Virus record (IMG/VR): IMGVR_UViG_3300033143_002710 | Direction: 5' to 3' (one strand) | From: a virus | Taxonomy: Duplodnaviria; Heunggongvirae; Uroviricota; Caudoviricetes | DNA length: 43,600 bases | Shown: positions 43,101 through 43,600 of the stretch, one piece after another | Layout of the letters: each line of letters starts with the position of its first letter | Numbering within the stretch: position 1 is the first letter of the stretch | Made by a program: the position numbers and the translations under genes | The notes under the pieces: generated by a model | Told to the model about the DNA's origin: nothing | Databases searched by the model: none | What the model saw: only the letters and a program-made list of their open reading frames with translations

Positions 43101-43600
43101 CTATAATGATCCCCTCATTAGCATAGCCTCAAGAACTCCCATGACCGTCGTTAGTACCTCATCCATATGCTTGATCACCACGGCGTTCTTGTAGAATCGC
43201 TTTACGCTTTCATCCATAATTCCTAGTCCGAACACTTCAACGCCAGACGCTTCTAGTCGTTTCACTACCCGTCTAAGATGAACGGCTTGCTCACGATAAT
43301 CTCCACGCGCAGATGGACACCCGTCACTCAAAACAATCATTAGTTTTCTAGCGCCTGGCTGCGCCCACAACATTCTTCCGGCATACTCTATGCTCTCGCC
43401 GTCAACATTGTTTCTCAGACGAACATCTTTAGCCGCCATAATGACTGCCGACTGTCTGTCTGCTGTGAAATTCTGATTCCAATCCTTTAGAATTGGCATA
43501 TAGATCGGCTCATATCTGGATGGCGCTCTACCGTCTTGTCGCTCGATGATCTCAGTGTGATGAGTTACTAGATTCATATCCTTAGTTGTGAATCCGACAA
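43101..43600 (-). CDS. CobT-like vWA domain protein, C-terminal part (5' end beyond window)
   Basis: NVDGE, MIVLSDG, FGLGI; adjacent to MoxR ATPase. Confidence 0.8.
   Translation of the reverse strand, partial: VGFTTKDMNLVTHHTEIIERQDGRAPSRYEPIYMPILKDWNQNFTADRQSAVIMAAKDVRLRNNVDGESIEYAGRMLWAQPGARKLMIVLSDGCPSARGDYREQAVHLRRVVKRLEASGVEVFGLGIMDESVKRFYKNAVVIKHMDEVLTTVMGVLEAMLMRGSL

Noticed and set aside
41879-43600. Cobalamin-biosynthesis auxiliary genes (cobS/cobT) supporting the class II RNR
   Set aside because: These are generic MoxR/vWA homologs; no cobN or other cob genes are present

Overview
A 43.6 kb slice of a large dsDNA phage (or phage-plasmid) genome. Essentially all credible genes are on the minus strand, and no capsid, tail, terminase or integrase gene is visible. 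About 0-18 kb is an early/accessory region of small, mostly unknown ORFs. It carries at least 12 copies of an unusual sigma70-like promoter (T[T/G]GTAG-G...TAnnnT) and a repeated ACCACA-AGAGG leader, and is broken by two ~1 kb non-coding blocks (3.2-4.2 kb and 14.8-15.7 kb) holding repeats and stable RNA-like folds. The standout feature is a circularly permuted (two-piece) tmRNA gene at ~16140-16565 (minus): the acceptor piece comes first, then a 120-nt intervening segment, then a coding piece with an unusually long 28-codon tag ANEQFVEEEADMSEFVGMDSFQPLAMAA. About 18-43.6 kb is a replication/recombination/nucleotide-metabolism module: DEDDh exonuclease, XRE regulator, RNA ligase, class II RNR, RuvC, SbcCD-like, RecA, 5'-3' exonuclease, dATP/dGTP diphosphohydrolase plus HD nucleotidase, SSB, DnaE with a UDG-like C-terminal domain, a sigma-like factor and a MoxR AAA/vWA pair. 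From recalled (unverified) gene content this resembles SSU5/pHCM2-type phage-plasmids and related large siphoviruses. All family calls come from motifs read by eye; no database search was run.
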